DNA of 64,000 bases from Callorhinchus milii (taxonomy: Eukaryota): assembly GCF_018977255.1 (NCBI RefSeq), contig NW_024704743.1, positions 86,740,001-86,804,000 on the forward strand, in the 5' to 3' direction. Below, piece by piece: positions 11,990 to 22,450 of the stretch (its first letter is position 1; each line of letters starts with the position of its first letter). Position numbers and translations under genes: made by a program. The notes under the pieces were generated by a model, which saw only the letters and a program-made list of their open reading frames with translations, was not told where the DNA came from and made no database searches.

Positions 11990-12620
11990 TGTAGACTCTA
12001 GGGGCAATGGAGTGGAGAGCAATGAGGATGATCCCCAGTGTTAGAGGAATCAACGATGAGCAGTGATTAGACAAGCTAGAGCTCTTCAATCTTGAAAGGA
12101 GAAGTCTCAAGAAGAGACCTTACAGAGGAAAATAAGATTTTAAATGGGATTGAGAAGGTAAACCCAGAACGATACTTTCAGGTGCACCGAGATATGAGAA
12201 CAAGAGTTGCAATAGAGTAATTTGAGGACAGAGATTAGGAAAAGTTAATTTACCCAAAAGGTTATTCGAACCGGTTACTAGGAAGGGTGCTAGAAGTCAG
12301 GATGCTCGACTCACTTAAAAACAGCATGATGCTGTGATGGAAGAACAATAATAATAATAATCTCTGCATTTGATATAGCATCTTATCACATCTTCAAGAC
12401 ATCTCAAAGCGCATCACTGCGTATACTGTGAATTGACTGTATATTTTATGGGTGAAATGCAGCAGTCAATTGCACACAGCAGTGTCCCACAAACAGTCGT
12501 GGATTGAGTGACCAAATTATTATTATTATTTATTTATTTTTGAATGGTAGGATGGGTTTTCAGGAAGGTTGACATCAAGTAGGCCAAAGGGTCTTCTTCA
12601 TCCAAACCCTTTTTATGCTC
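11990..12620 (+). mobile_element. Old CR1 LINE 3' fragment with nested SINE
   Basis: LELFNLERRSLKKRPY-type ORF2 end; 3' UTR GCTGTGATGGAA..TAGGCCAAAGGGTCTTCTTCATC, similar to 22165-22450. Confidence 0.7.
12347..12545 (-). mobile_element. SINE 3' half nested in CR1 3' UTR
   Basis: (TAA)n-TGCATTTGATATAGC...CCCACAAACAGTCGTGGATTGAGTGACCAAAT. Confidence 0.88.
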
Positions 12621-12899
12621 CTTTCTAACTTAAACAAGTCCAATCCCTCTCTAGGTGCATTTCCTTTGGAGAATGCATATTCTGTATCAGGCAAACAAAA
12701 ACCATGTCTAAGTAGAGTTCTCATCAGTTTGGTTTGGAGACTCATAAGCATGGCGAAAAATATCCACACTTAGCCGTCACCAGGCTCACTACAATATTTT
12801 CAAATTGCTTGCCTGGGTTGAATGGAAAAAGTTCTACTCCCCCGACATTACTTGTCTGGTGTTTGCTAAAGCAAAGTTGTCAATGTTTCCATAAGAGTG

Positions 12900-13165
12900 G
12901 TATAATAATCCTAACATTTGATATAGTGCCCTTCATGCCAAGAGGAATTCTCAAAGTGGTTCACAGTATATGCTGTAAAGTGGCCAAATGTGGCAGCTAA
13001 TTTGTGCACAGAAATATCACATAAACAGCTATGAAGTGAATGACAATTTTATTTTAAAATTCCAACAATGCAGCACTATATTGAAGTGTCAGCCTAGACT
13101 ATATCAGTTCCAAGTGATGTTATCGGGCTTGAACCCTCAAACGTTTCGCTCAGAGGCGAGAGAGA
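12900..13165 (-). mobile_element. Old Deu-SINE, deleted
   Basis: SINE tail at the left; GTGTCAGCCTAGACT..GGGCTTGAACCC..CTCAGAGGCGAGAG head at the right. Confidence 0.7.
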
Positions 13166-13959
13166 CCAGATGGACATTTGGATTGTCATTGATACTGAAT
13201 GCTGCAATCCATGAGCCATTGATCTAATATGCAACAATTACACTGTGGTGACTCGTGGGATACATTGTGAAGGCCTGCTGGTCTTGTGACTGGTCCCATT
13301 TATGGGTCATAGAAAGGGACATTTGCTGGGACAAATTGGAACTTTGGAGGTCCTGAGATTTACTGCTTTTTTGGTTCACGGTCATATCTTCTCCATGGTA
13401 CTGCTATAAAATTATTCTGCAGACAATTACTGTACTCTGCCTCGCTAATCCAATGGGGGGGGGGGTAGGTGGAGGACAGTGCAAGGTAGGACATTGTGAA
13501 ATATGATGCAGTGGGTTACAGCTTTATCAGCATTTTGAGAAAAAAGGATTGCCGAAGGAGGAACAAGTTTAAAGTATAAAAATATAACCATAGGATGGGA
13601 TAAAACTATCAGCCAGTGTGTTTTCCTATTTGGTTTTAATCTACATTTAATTAAATTCTTATCTTCTGGGTGCTTGTGGCAGCATTTGAATGAAAAGATT
13701 GAATTTATTAGGAATAGTGTAACTAAACTCTGAGAATATTGTGTGTGGGACCTACAAAAACACCCTTTTGATTACGCAGGAATTCTGAATACTGCTTTCT
13801 TTAATATCCAAATATGTAAATGATAAGAAACAGGAATGCAGTCATCACCAAATCAGAATTTGTTAGGCACCTCAATTGCTCTTTTAGTCCTGGTTTCAAA
13901 AAGACAATTGCATTTGACATGAGTTGCAAAGGATTACTGGTTTTACCTAGAGATCTAAT

Positions 13960-14620
13960 TTTGCTAATCCCGTCTCCTATTTTCTTGCGCCTCATGCATA
14001 CATCAAGATTCCTCTTAAGTGTTGATGCTTTTTACTTCAATAACAGCTTCTGACTGTGAGTTCTCACATTCTCACCACTCTCTGCATAAAGAAGTTCCTC
14101 CTACAATAATAATAATAACAATAATAATAATAATAATAATCCTTGCATTTGATATAGCACTTTTCACGTCGGGAGGACGTCCCAAAGTGCTTCACAGAAC
14201 ACACAATAAAGTGAATTGACTGTATATTTGTGGGCGAACGCGGGAAGCCAATTGCGCACAGCAATGTCCCACAAACAGTTGTAGATTGAAAATGACCAAT
14301 TTATTATTCTTTTTGGTTTTGGAGGGATTATTATTATAAGCTCTATATTAGATCTGCTACTAACTTTCTTATATTTATGTCCTCTAGTTTTAGACTCACT
14401 AATAAGTGGAAACAACATATCAAAATACATTTATCGAATCCTTTCATAACCTTAAACACCTCTATCAAGTCCGCTCTCAATCATCTCAATTCCAGAGAGA
14501 AAAGCTCCAAACCTGTCCAATCTTTCTTGACAGCTGTATCCACTCATCACTGGAAATTTTCTCTGCACTCTCTCCACTGCTACAATATCCTTCCTGTGGT
14601 CCCATCTGCTTCAGTAGTTT
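13960..14620 (-). mobile_element. CR1 LINE ORF2 3' fragment split by a SINE
   Basis: Minus frame LFPLISESKTRGHKYK...IEL resumes as RRNFFMQRVVRM after the SINE; TRGH..FF.QRVV is the CR1 C-terminal motif. Confidence 0.85.
14105..14336 (-). mobile_element. Young SINE, 5'-truncated
   Basis: Near-identical to the 3' two-thirds of 53782-54106. Confidence 0.93.
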
Positions 14621-14651
14621 TTATGGATTACAATGCTAGCATTTCATTTTA

Positions 14652-15060
14652 CACAACAACAAAATTACATTCATAGAGCGCCTTTCACAACGGGAGGACG
14701 TTCTAAGGCAGTGGACAGTCAGGGGTCAGGACCCGTGCATGGGGTAGGGGTGGGGTAGGGGTGAAGGATGGCAGAGAGGTGGGAGGGCGACCAAAGGCAC
14801 GATCGAAGAGGAGGGTCTTGAGACCGGTCTTGAAGGAGGCGAGGGAGGAAGCGAGGCAAAGGAACCATGGGATGGAGTGCCAGATTATGGGGGCAGAGAG
14901 GCTGAAAGCCCAGCCACCGATGGTAGGGCGGGTCGGCCGGGAGATATGGATCAGGCCAGAGCTCGCTGAACAGAGGGAGCGGGCAGGTTGGTAGGGAGTC
15001 AGCAGGTCAGAGGGGTAGGAGGGGGCAAGGCCATGGATGGTCTTGAAAGTGAGGATGAAG
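14652..15060 (-). mobile_element. L2 3' fragment
   Basis: ATAGAGCGCCTTTCAC..GGGAGGACG tail; CCACCGATGGTAGGGCGG; GTCTTGAAAGTGAGGATGAAG. Confidence 0.85.
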
Positions 15061-15407
15061 AAGAGACAGAGAAAGTTACCTCAAAACATTATTGGTTACT
15101 AGAAAGGATAACATAGAACAGGACACTAGACTTATTTAAGAAACAGTTTGATGGGATGGTAGTAGGGTTGGTATTCTGGAAGCATGAGATCAAATTGTCC
15201 GCGAAGGTCTTACTTCATCTGAATCTTTCTTATGATTTTATCATTGGGATTCAGAGATGGCTGCAGTAACATACTTTCTGATCCTGTTCTAAAGTTACAC
15301 GTAAATTGAGTTTCCGGCATTCCATAGAATCATAGAATTTGTTTTACAGATATCTGGCAGATCGCACATAGTCACATTAGGGTGAAAATTATGGTATTGA
15401 TGCCCAT

Positions 15408-15720
15408 TCTCGCCTCTGAGCCAGAGGCTTATGGGTGGGTTCAAACCCCATGTCAGAACTTGTGCTGCATTGTTGGAGATGCTGTCCTTCAGATAAGACA
15501 TTAAACCGAGGCCCGTTCAACCCCTTCAGCTGAACACTGAAGTTCCCATGGCACTAGTTGAAAAGATAAGGGAGTTTCTCCCAGTTTCCTGGTCAACAAT
15601 CTCCCAAATAAAATTGGTCATTCACTACCATTGCTGTTTGTGGAACATTATGATGTGCAAATTGGTTGCCTCATTTGCCTACAATACACACAGTTACTCC
15701 ACTTGACAGTATATCCTGTA
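15408..15720 (+). mobile_element. Deu-SINE
   Basis: Head remnant, Deu core (CCTTCAGATAAGACATTAAACCGAGGCCC..CCCATGGCACT) and shared 3' half. Confidence 0.85.
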
Positions 15721-15922
15721 GGCGAACAAGCAACTAATTTGTATACTGTAATATCCCACAAACAGCCATGAAATGAATAACCAATTTTACCTGGGAAATT
15801 GTTGTCCAGAACATTGAGAGAAATTCCCTTCGCTTTTCGAATAATGCCATAGAATCTTTAATGTCTGCCAGAACAGGTAGACAGGATCCTAGTTTAACAT
15901 CTCATTTGAAGTATGGCCCCTG
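15719..15922 (-). mobile_element. Deu-SINE abutting the previous copy in inverted orientation
   Basis: CCCACAAACAGCCATG..ATGCCATAGAATCTTTAATGTC..GTTTAACATCTCAT. Confidence 0.8.
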
Positions 15923-16184
15923 TGCCGGGAACAATGACGTGAACAAATTGGCTGCCAAATTTGTGTACAAAATACACAGTCACCACACTTTACAATAAAT
16001 CCCGCATTATAATATGTGCTCTGAGACTCTATCCTGCATGAAAGACGCTCCACAAAAGCAAGTTGTTGGTGGTGTTTCCGACGCTATATCAAATGCAAGG
16101 TTATTATTAAAAGCTTGCTGTACAAATGCTTATAATAGGAAATCCCACTGCAAACACGCAATGAATAATTTTGCTACAGCTCAC

Positions 16185-16344
16185 CAAGAGCACGTGATTG
16201 ATCCCTTCCCTTTTACTTGGTTTCTCTCCAGAGCAGGATGCCGAGATTGGTAATTCAGCATTTAGGGGATTCACAGATGTCAACTCATTTCTTATCACTT
16301 TGGGTTCAGAAAACTGGACCTGGAATATGTGGTCCCTAACCATC
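16185..16344 (-). other. Candidate 160-nt exon, unknown gene
   Basis: Acceptor ttttaattcag|G after a long pyrimidine tract; donor TTG|gtgagc; one open frame (MVRDHIF...INHVLL); no homologue recognised. Confidence 0.35.
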
Positions 16345-16346
16345 CT

Positions 16347-16790
16347 GAATTAAAACAAGATTAATAAAAAAGGTGAGAAGGAAATAGTTGAAGACAAAGA
16401 AATCAGATGAATTACAAAGGACAACCATTAAAAAAGGTGAGGGGGAGTCAGAAAACAAGAAACAAAACAAAATTTTAAAAATCAAAACATTTAAAACAAG
16501 GAAAACGCAACTATGGCACATTAAACAGGGTGAGAAAGGTAAATGGGGAAAAAAGGAAAAAAAGTCAAATGAAATAAAGGAACACTGAAAAAAAATAAGA
16601 ATTTCATTTTTAAAACTCAGAAGAGAAAATGAAAAAAAGGCAAAAGGGAAAAAAAAGAAACACAAAGAAAAAGAGAGATAAAGAAAGAAAGGCAGATGTG
16701 GAAAGAAAAAAAGAAAAATAACCTCAAAAGAGAAAGGAGGCGAAAACTGAACTGAACTGCAACAAAGAGACAAATTGCAGACTGACGGGA
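16347..16790. repeat. A/purine-rich low-complexity tract (pyrimidine-rich on minus)
   Basis: Composition read directly; the overlapping Phe-rich and Lys-rich ORFs are artefacts of it. Confidence 0.85.
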
Positions 16791-17854
16791 GAGAGTGAGA
16801 AGTGATTTATAAAATTGTTCCCTTTCAATATCTCTATTTCAAATGCCACTTTTGAATACTCATACCTCAGGCCAACACCTTACATGTAAATAGAAATCCT
16901 GTTTCTATGATAATAGAAGAATCCACAATCTGCAATGACAGAAGGTTTTTTGGGTACCGAACCCCACTTTCTTCTCTTCAGTGCTGGTTAGTAAAGCTCT
17001 ACCACTGCAGCCCAATCTTTGTAATCACAGGATATCTGACCACTGCTTGTTTTGAAAATATATATGATCAGTCTGTAATATTTTGCACTATTCAATTGCC
17101 CAGGGTCTAACTGAATCTGAATGAAAGCACTTCATTATGCAAGCATGACCTTTGACACATCGTGGTGGTTTGCCCAGATGACTGGTTAGTGCTGGGCTGA
17201 CAATATTCACCTCGCTGAGGAATGCAAACACAAATACTCGGAGAGCATTCTACTGGATCAGGATTAAACCTTTCAGTGTTGTGCCGAGATCAGGGATCCT
17301 GTGTAACTGGAATGAACAGGAAGTGATTTGGTACAAAGATGTCGTGTCCCAGGGAACGACGCGACAGAATAAACATCTCAAGTCAGATAAACTAGCCATG
17401 TTCAGAGGGACAAACTCATGAATGGCTTATGGTCATTTTCCTGAGTGGAGGTATTAGCATAACTCATGCTGACAGTCACCAAGTCGACTTGGAACACATC
17501 GTCACGCTTGTATTTTCAATTTTTAAAAAAGTAAGAATTAAAACTGAGCGCTTTGTAGCAGTGATAATCATTTCAAGTGCTTTTGCGACATGTTCTTGGG
17601 GAAACCAATCCTTTTTTCAACTAACTCCCTATTTTCATTCTTATTTCTCCATGGGAGAGTTTGTGAATCAAATTCTAAGCCTGACGTGCAGGAAGTCTTT
17701 GTTTGGCGTTCAGTTTGTGGGAGATGATAAGAGCTGGACATCTGCTACTGCACATGTGAGAATCCTAAATCACAAAATGTGGGCTCACCTGAAAACCATA
17801 GTCTGATTATAGAATATAATGCCAGCCTAAGCAGAATCATTGTATCTTACTTTC

Positions 17855-18125
17855 AGTTTCTCCCTCGTCCCCTTAATACTCATTGAGGTGTTGCTGATCG
17901 TTCTCCAGCACCTCAGCCAAGTAACTATTCTTCACGTGTCAAGCTGGACATAGAGTGTCAGCAGGTTATTTGACTGTGGCTGGACTATCCAAGCCCAATT
18001 CTCTTCTCATCCGACATCCACTCACTTGATAGTATTTAGAAGAGGGAAAAGACTGATGTTTTGCTTTCCTAGTCCAGGGACAGAGAGACTACATTTAGTG
18101 CCTCAAATGCTCCTCAGTAAGATCG
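17855..18125 (-). mobile_element. Ancient AmnSINE2-like SINE fragment
   Basis: CCAAGTAACTATTCTTCACGTG..GCAGGTTATTTGACTG..CGACATCCAC, aligning by eye with 42415-42843 and 44720-45090. Confidence 0.55.
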
Positions 18126-18129
18126 CATA

Positions 18130-18400
18130 AGAGGTTTTGATAAATTATGCCTTTTCGGCCCATCTGATCTCATCTGTCAGGATACCCACCATACCATCTT
18201 TTCATACAAGTAAAAGGTTTAAGGGCTGTTATTTTTTAACTGTTGTGGCATAAAACAATATTCCTGGCAATCTGTTCCAATTGATAATTGCCCTCTTGAT
18301 TGATTACACTCTGAGAAAACCCTCCTGGCATCTGTCCTGAAATTGTCCTTTGCAACTCTAAACCTGTGTCCTCTTGTTCTAATGTCAGCTAACTCAGCAA
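18130..18400 (-). mobile_element. Old CR1 3' fragment
   Basis: Minus frame RTRGHRFRVAKDNFRTDARRVFS. Confidence 0.75.
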
Positions 18401-18786
18401 AGACCACACCTATCACTTTGGTTTAAATGGCCTATGTAGATAACAGGTTATCGGAGGAATTTACAGGCGTTATTCCATAATCCATAGGTATGAGAGATGA
18501 GCCCCATGCTGAATGCAGCAGTGAGTGCATGTCTCCATTCTGATCTCATCACTTGTCTGGCAGCAAGGCTCAACTGCAATGTCACTAATCATCTTCCCAC
18601 ATTATTTCATCTGTTCAAAATCATTCAACCTTCCAGTTCTGTATATTCAGGTCGACTTAGAAACAAGCAGTAACTGTATGGAGTCATCACTCCAACAAAA
18701 AAGGGCACTCATCAAGGCCGAAGATCTTCCCAAACAGTGATTCCACCCTGCTTCTACAGTGATTCTACATCCCATCTTAAACTTAA

Positions 18787-19040
18787 ATAATCATAATAAT
18801 CCTTGCATTTGATATAGCGCCTCACGTCATTGACAGGGCTTCACAAGATATATCGTAAAGTGGAGTGTGGGTAAAATGTGGCAATGAAATGTGTAATCAA
18901 TGTTCTGAAACAGTCGTGGATTGATTTTTTTGGAGGGATTATTACCCGCTCCACCAATCGAGTAACTACTGGGTTCCTATTTACTGCTAGGTAAACAGAG
19001 GCATGTGGAGTAAGGAAACTTGCCTAAAGTTTTCCCCTGT
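18787..19040 (-). mobile_element. SINE long form, degraded
   Basis: Tail plus GGTTCCTATTTACTGCTAGGTAAACAGAGGCATGTGGAGTAAGGAAACTTGCC. Confidence 0.85.
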
Positions 19041-19265
19041 GAGACAGAAAACCAAACACTGCACTGCAGCCAGGAATAGAAATAAAGTCCTTTGAAATGT
19101 GCCCTAACTGTAATCAAAATGCCGGCATTTTTATTCTGAAAATGAAACCATTCTCTGAACAAGGGGGCGGGGGGAGCGGGAAGAGGGATAGTTCAATCCC
19201 AAATCTGTTGTTCATGACTAATAATAAGGAAATGCTGTAACTTTGTGCTGCATTTTTCCCTGGTA

Positions 19266-19526
19266 CAGGTCGACCTTGTTATAATGCGTCTCACTAGAAA
19301 GCAAGTCCAATTACATTTGATTTTCCTGTGCACCCACATCTGGCTTCCAGGGAGTGTGTGCAAATGCAGAAAGCTGACCAGACTGGGCCAGTAGCAGGAA
19401 GTGATGTCACCAGCGACCTGATGGCCCAGAAGTTGGACTGTCAGCCATTTTTCCCCCTTGGACCCATTATAACACGGTGAGTCATTTTATGGATGCAAAA
19501 CGCCATTTTATAATGTGGTCACTCTG
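19266..19526. mobile_element. Tc1/mariner-pogo (Tigger-like) MITE
   Basis: TA|CAGGTCGACCTTGTTATAA ... TTATAATGTGGTCACTCTG|TA: CAG termini, degenerate 19-bp TIR, TA on both flanks. Confidence 0.7.
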
Positions 19527-19597
19527 TAGGTATATATGAAATAAATATACAGATGTCCTTAACTCTGTAATGAACCACCAATTAAAAGCATTTTCAA

Positions 19598-19918
19598 GGA
19601 GTCCTGTAGCTCAGTGGTTAGGGCACACTCCTTGCAAGCGAGAGACCTGGGTTCATTTCCCTTGGGCGAAACCTTGGGCAAGTTTCCTTACTCCACATGC
19701 CTCATAATAATCCCTCAAGAAAAAAAAGAAAGAGTAAAAAAATTGGTCACTTCAATCTACGACTGTTTGTGGGACACTGCTGTGCGCAATTGGCTGCTGC
19801 GTTTCATCCACAAATGTGCAGTCAATTCCCTTTACAGTATATTCTGTGAAGCGCTTTGAGACATCTAGAAGACGTGAAAAGCGCTATATCAAATGCAAGG
19901 ATCATTATTATTATTATT
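19598..19918 (+). mobile_element. Young SINE, full length (TAGAA-loop variant)
   Basis: GGAGTCCTGTAGCTCAGTGG head through ACATCTAGAAGACGTGAAAAGCGCT and (TTA)n. Confidence 0.95.
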
Positions 19919-20264
19919 TATTTACCAGTGATTCTGTATTCCTCTTAATTAGCTAATTAGAGAATTCAGGGCATCTGTATGTTTATAACATGATTAGCCC
20001 TTGGGCTATCAGTCCAATCTACATTTGAGATTGCATAATAGTGAATAAATGTATCTGATAATTCATCTTTCCTGAATATATCCTGTAAAGCACTTTGAGA
20101 TGTCTCGATGATGTGATAAGCGCTGTAGCAAATGCACGGATTACTATTATTATTACTAAGAGGACATCTCAAAAATGCTTCGGAGGATTTATTGTAATGT
20201 CTAGTGACTTTGTATTCTGTAGGTAAACGTGAGTGCCAATTTGCGCCCATGAATGTCCTACTTG

Positions 20265-20655
20265 TTTTTCATATAGTGCTTTATCACATTAAAACATCTC
20301 AAACCACCACACACAATGAGTCACTGCCTGTAGCAGTGATCTCAGCAACATTGGTCCCACAGTCAGAATTGAGATGAACAATCAATCACCTGGTATTGGT
20401 TAACTTGGATGAAGGAGGAAATCTTAGCCAGGCCACTGGGGAACTCCTGCTCTTCTCTGAAATAGTGTCAAGGGATCTTTAATGTCCAGACGATCCACCA
20501 GAGGTGATAAATTAGATTTATAGCTTAGCATCTCATCTGAATGATAGCTCTACCAACAATGCAGCGTTCTCCCAGGACTGTAAAGGAGTGACAGACTGCA
20601 CTATGAGCTCAAGTCTTGGTTTGTGCTGAAATCTACAACCCTTAGACTCAGAGAT
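20265..20655 (-). mobile_element. Old Deu-SINE
   Basis: AATAGTGTCAAGGGATCTTTAATGTCCA..CATCTCATCTGAA..CAACAATGCAGC. Confidence 0.7.
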
Positions 20656-21545
20656 AATATAATAATAATCCTTACATTTGATATAGTACCTTTCACAACA
20701 AGGAGACCTGTAAAGTGCAGTGACTGCGTAATTAGTAGATGAACGCTAACAGCAGAGCCAAACTGGCACTTTTTCAATCAGAAGTTTTGTATTGTATTGA
20801 GCAGCACAGAAAAAATGACCAAAGGTCAAACCTGAAATCAATTAGGGTGAAAGGCGATAGGGTCACTGGTATTAGCTCATAACTCTAGTTTAAATGAAGT
20901 TAGCAACAATCCACCCAGACACCTCATCTACCTCACTTAAGCCTTGGTTTTAGCTGAGGACAACCTCCTCCATAGTTGTCAGCATTCCAAACTGGAATCC
21001 AGGTGTCACGAGGAGGAGAATTGGCAGAGAAGGAGGATGGACCAGCAAAGCCATCCTTGTCCTGTTATAATAAAGAGCTGAAGCTGCTGCGATCAGAGAT
21101 GTTACTGTTTTTAGTTTTGCTCAATTCCTTTGAGATCAATGAAGAACCTCGATGTTTAGGGCTTCCTCACTAACATGGATCCTGCCAACAGCACCACCTA
21201 TTCCATCTCTCTTTATTAGGTGTATTCCATGGCTCCCAGAGATGGTTTTGCAAAGACTGGATCATAACTTCTAAAATAATAATAATAATCCTTGCGTTTG
21301 ATAAAGCATCTTTCATATTGGGAGGATGTCTCAAAATTGGTTCACAGGATATGCTGCAAACTGTAGAGATTGTGTATTTTTGTGAGTGAAATAGTAGAGA
21401 TTCAATTAAAATAAATGTTTGCATTTTCCCCGCTTTATCCCCGCTTTTGCAGGTATTGTTCTTCCAAACTTTCCTCTCTTTCTAGTCCAAGCTCCAAATC
21501 TGCCATCCTACACAATCTTCCTTCTCCCTGTTGAATTCAATTCAA

Positions 21546-21987
21546 GATCTTGAATTCAAGATCCTCATCCTCACCTACAAGGCCATTCACGGCCTTGCTC
21601 CCTTCTACTTCTCCGACCTACTATCCCCCTACTTACCTGCCCGTACCCTCCATTCCTCTGGCTCCGGTCTGCTCCACATCCCCCGCCCCAACCACCCTAC
21701 CATCGGTGGCCGGGCCTTCAGCCTCTCAGCCACTAGGCTCTGGAACTCTATCCCCCAGTGCATTCGCCGCCTCCTCCCTTTCCTCCTTCAAGGCCGATCT
21801 CAAGACCTTTCTCTTCGACCGTGCCTTCAGCTCCCCTCTCGACTCTCTACCCCCTCCTCGCTCCCTCCCTTCCCTCCCCTCACCCTGACCATTTCCCCCC
21901 TGCTCGGGTCCCGAACTAACTGTCCAGCGCCTTGGGACATCCTCCCGACGTGAAAGGCGCTCTATAAATGAAATCTTGTTGTTGTTG
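21546..21987 (+). mobile_element. Young L2 3' fragment
   Basis: EFKILILTYKAIHGLAPFY...GGRAFSLSATRLWNSIP; stem-loop and (TTG)n tail. Confidence 0.93.
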
Positions 21988-22164
21988 AAATCGCGAATCT
22001 TAGTTTATTCTTTCTCAAAATATTAAAACTGTGGAATGCCTTGTCTCCCTCAGTCGTCTCTTCATGCTACAATCTATTAAACACCCATCGCATCTTGACT
22101 TTTCTCAGCTATTCTTTTCAGTGTTGGTGTCTTCCTGCACTGTGAGCCTCGCTCTCCATCAAAG

Positions 22165-22450
22165 GTGTCAACCTACTTTCAGATGCATCAAGACAATAGA
22201 ACAAGTTTAGAGTTTAAAGTTGTAAAAGGCAAGTTCAGTACAGATATCAGCTGTATTCCTTTATCGAGAGGGCAATTAATGACTGGAACAGGATACCAGG
22301 AAGAGTGGTTGAGGCTAGGACACTGTTATTCCACATATGAAGTAACAGCTTGATGCTGTGATGGAAAAATGGGAAGGTGGATGTTTTGGAGGGATCATAT
22401 CAAATAGGCCGAAGGGCCTTCTTTCTCCAAACAAATCTTGTGATATGAGA
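22165..22450 (+). mobile_element. Old CR1 3' fragment
   Basis: YFQMHQDNRTSLEFKVVKGKFSTD; 3' UTR ATAGGCCGAAGGGCCTTCTT. Confidence 0.7.

Noticed and set aside
16336..16773. 145-aa Phe-rich, membrane-protein-like ORF
   Set aside because: Low-complexity T-rich artefact.
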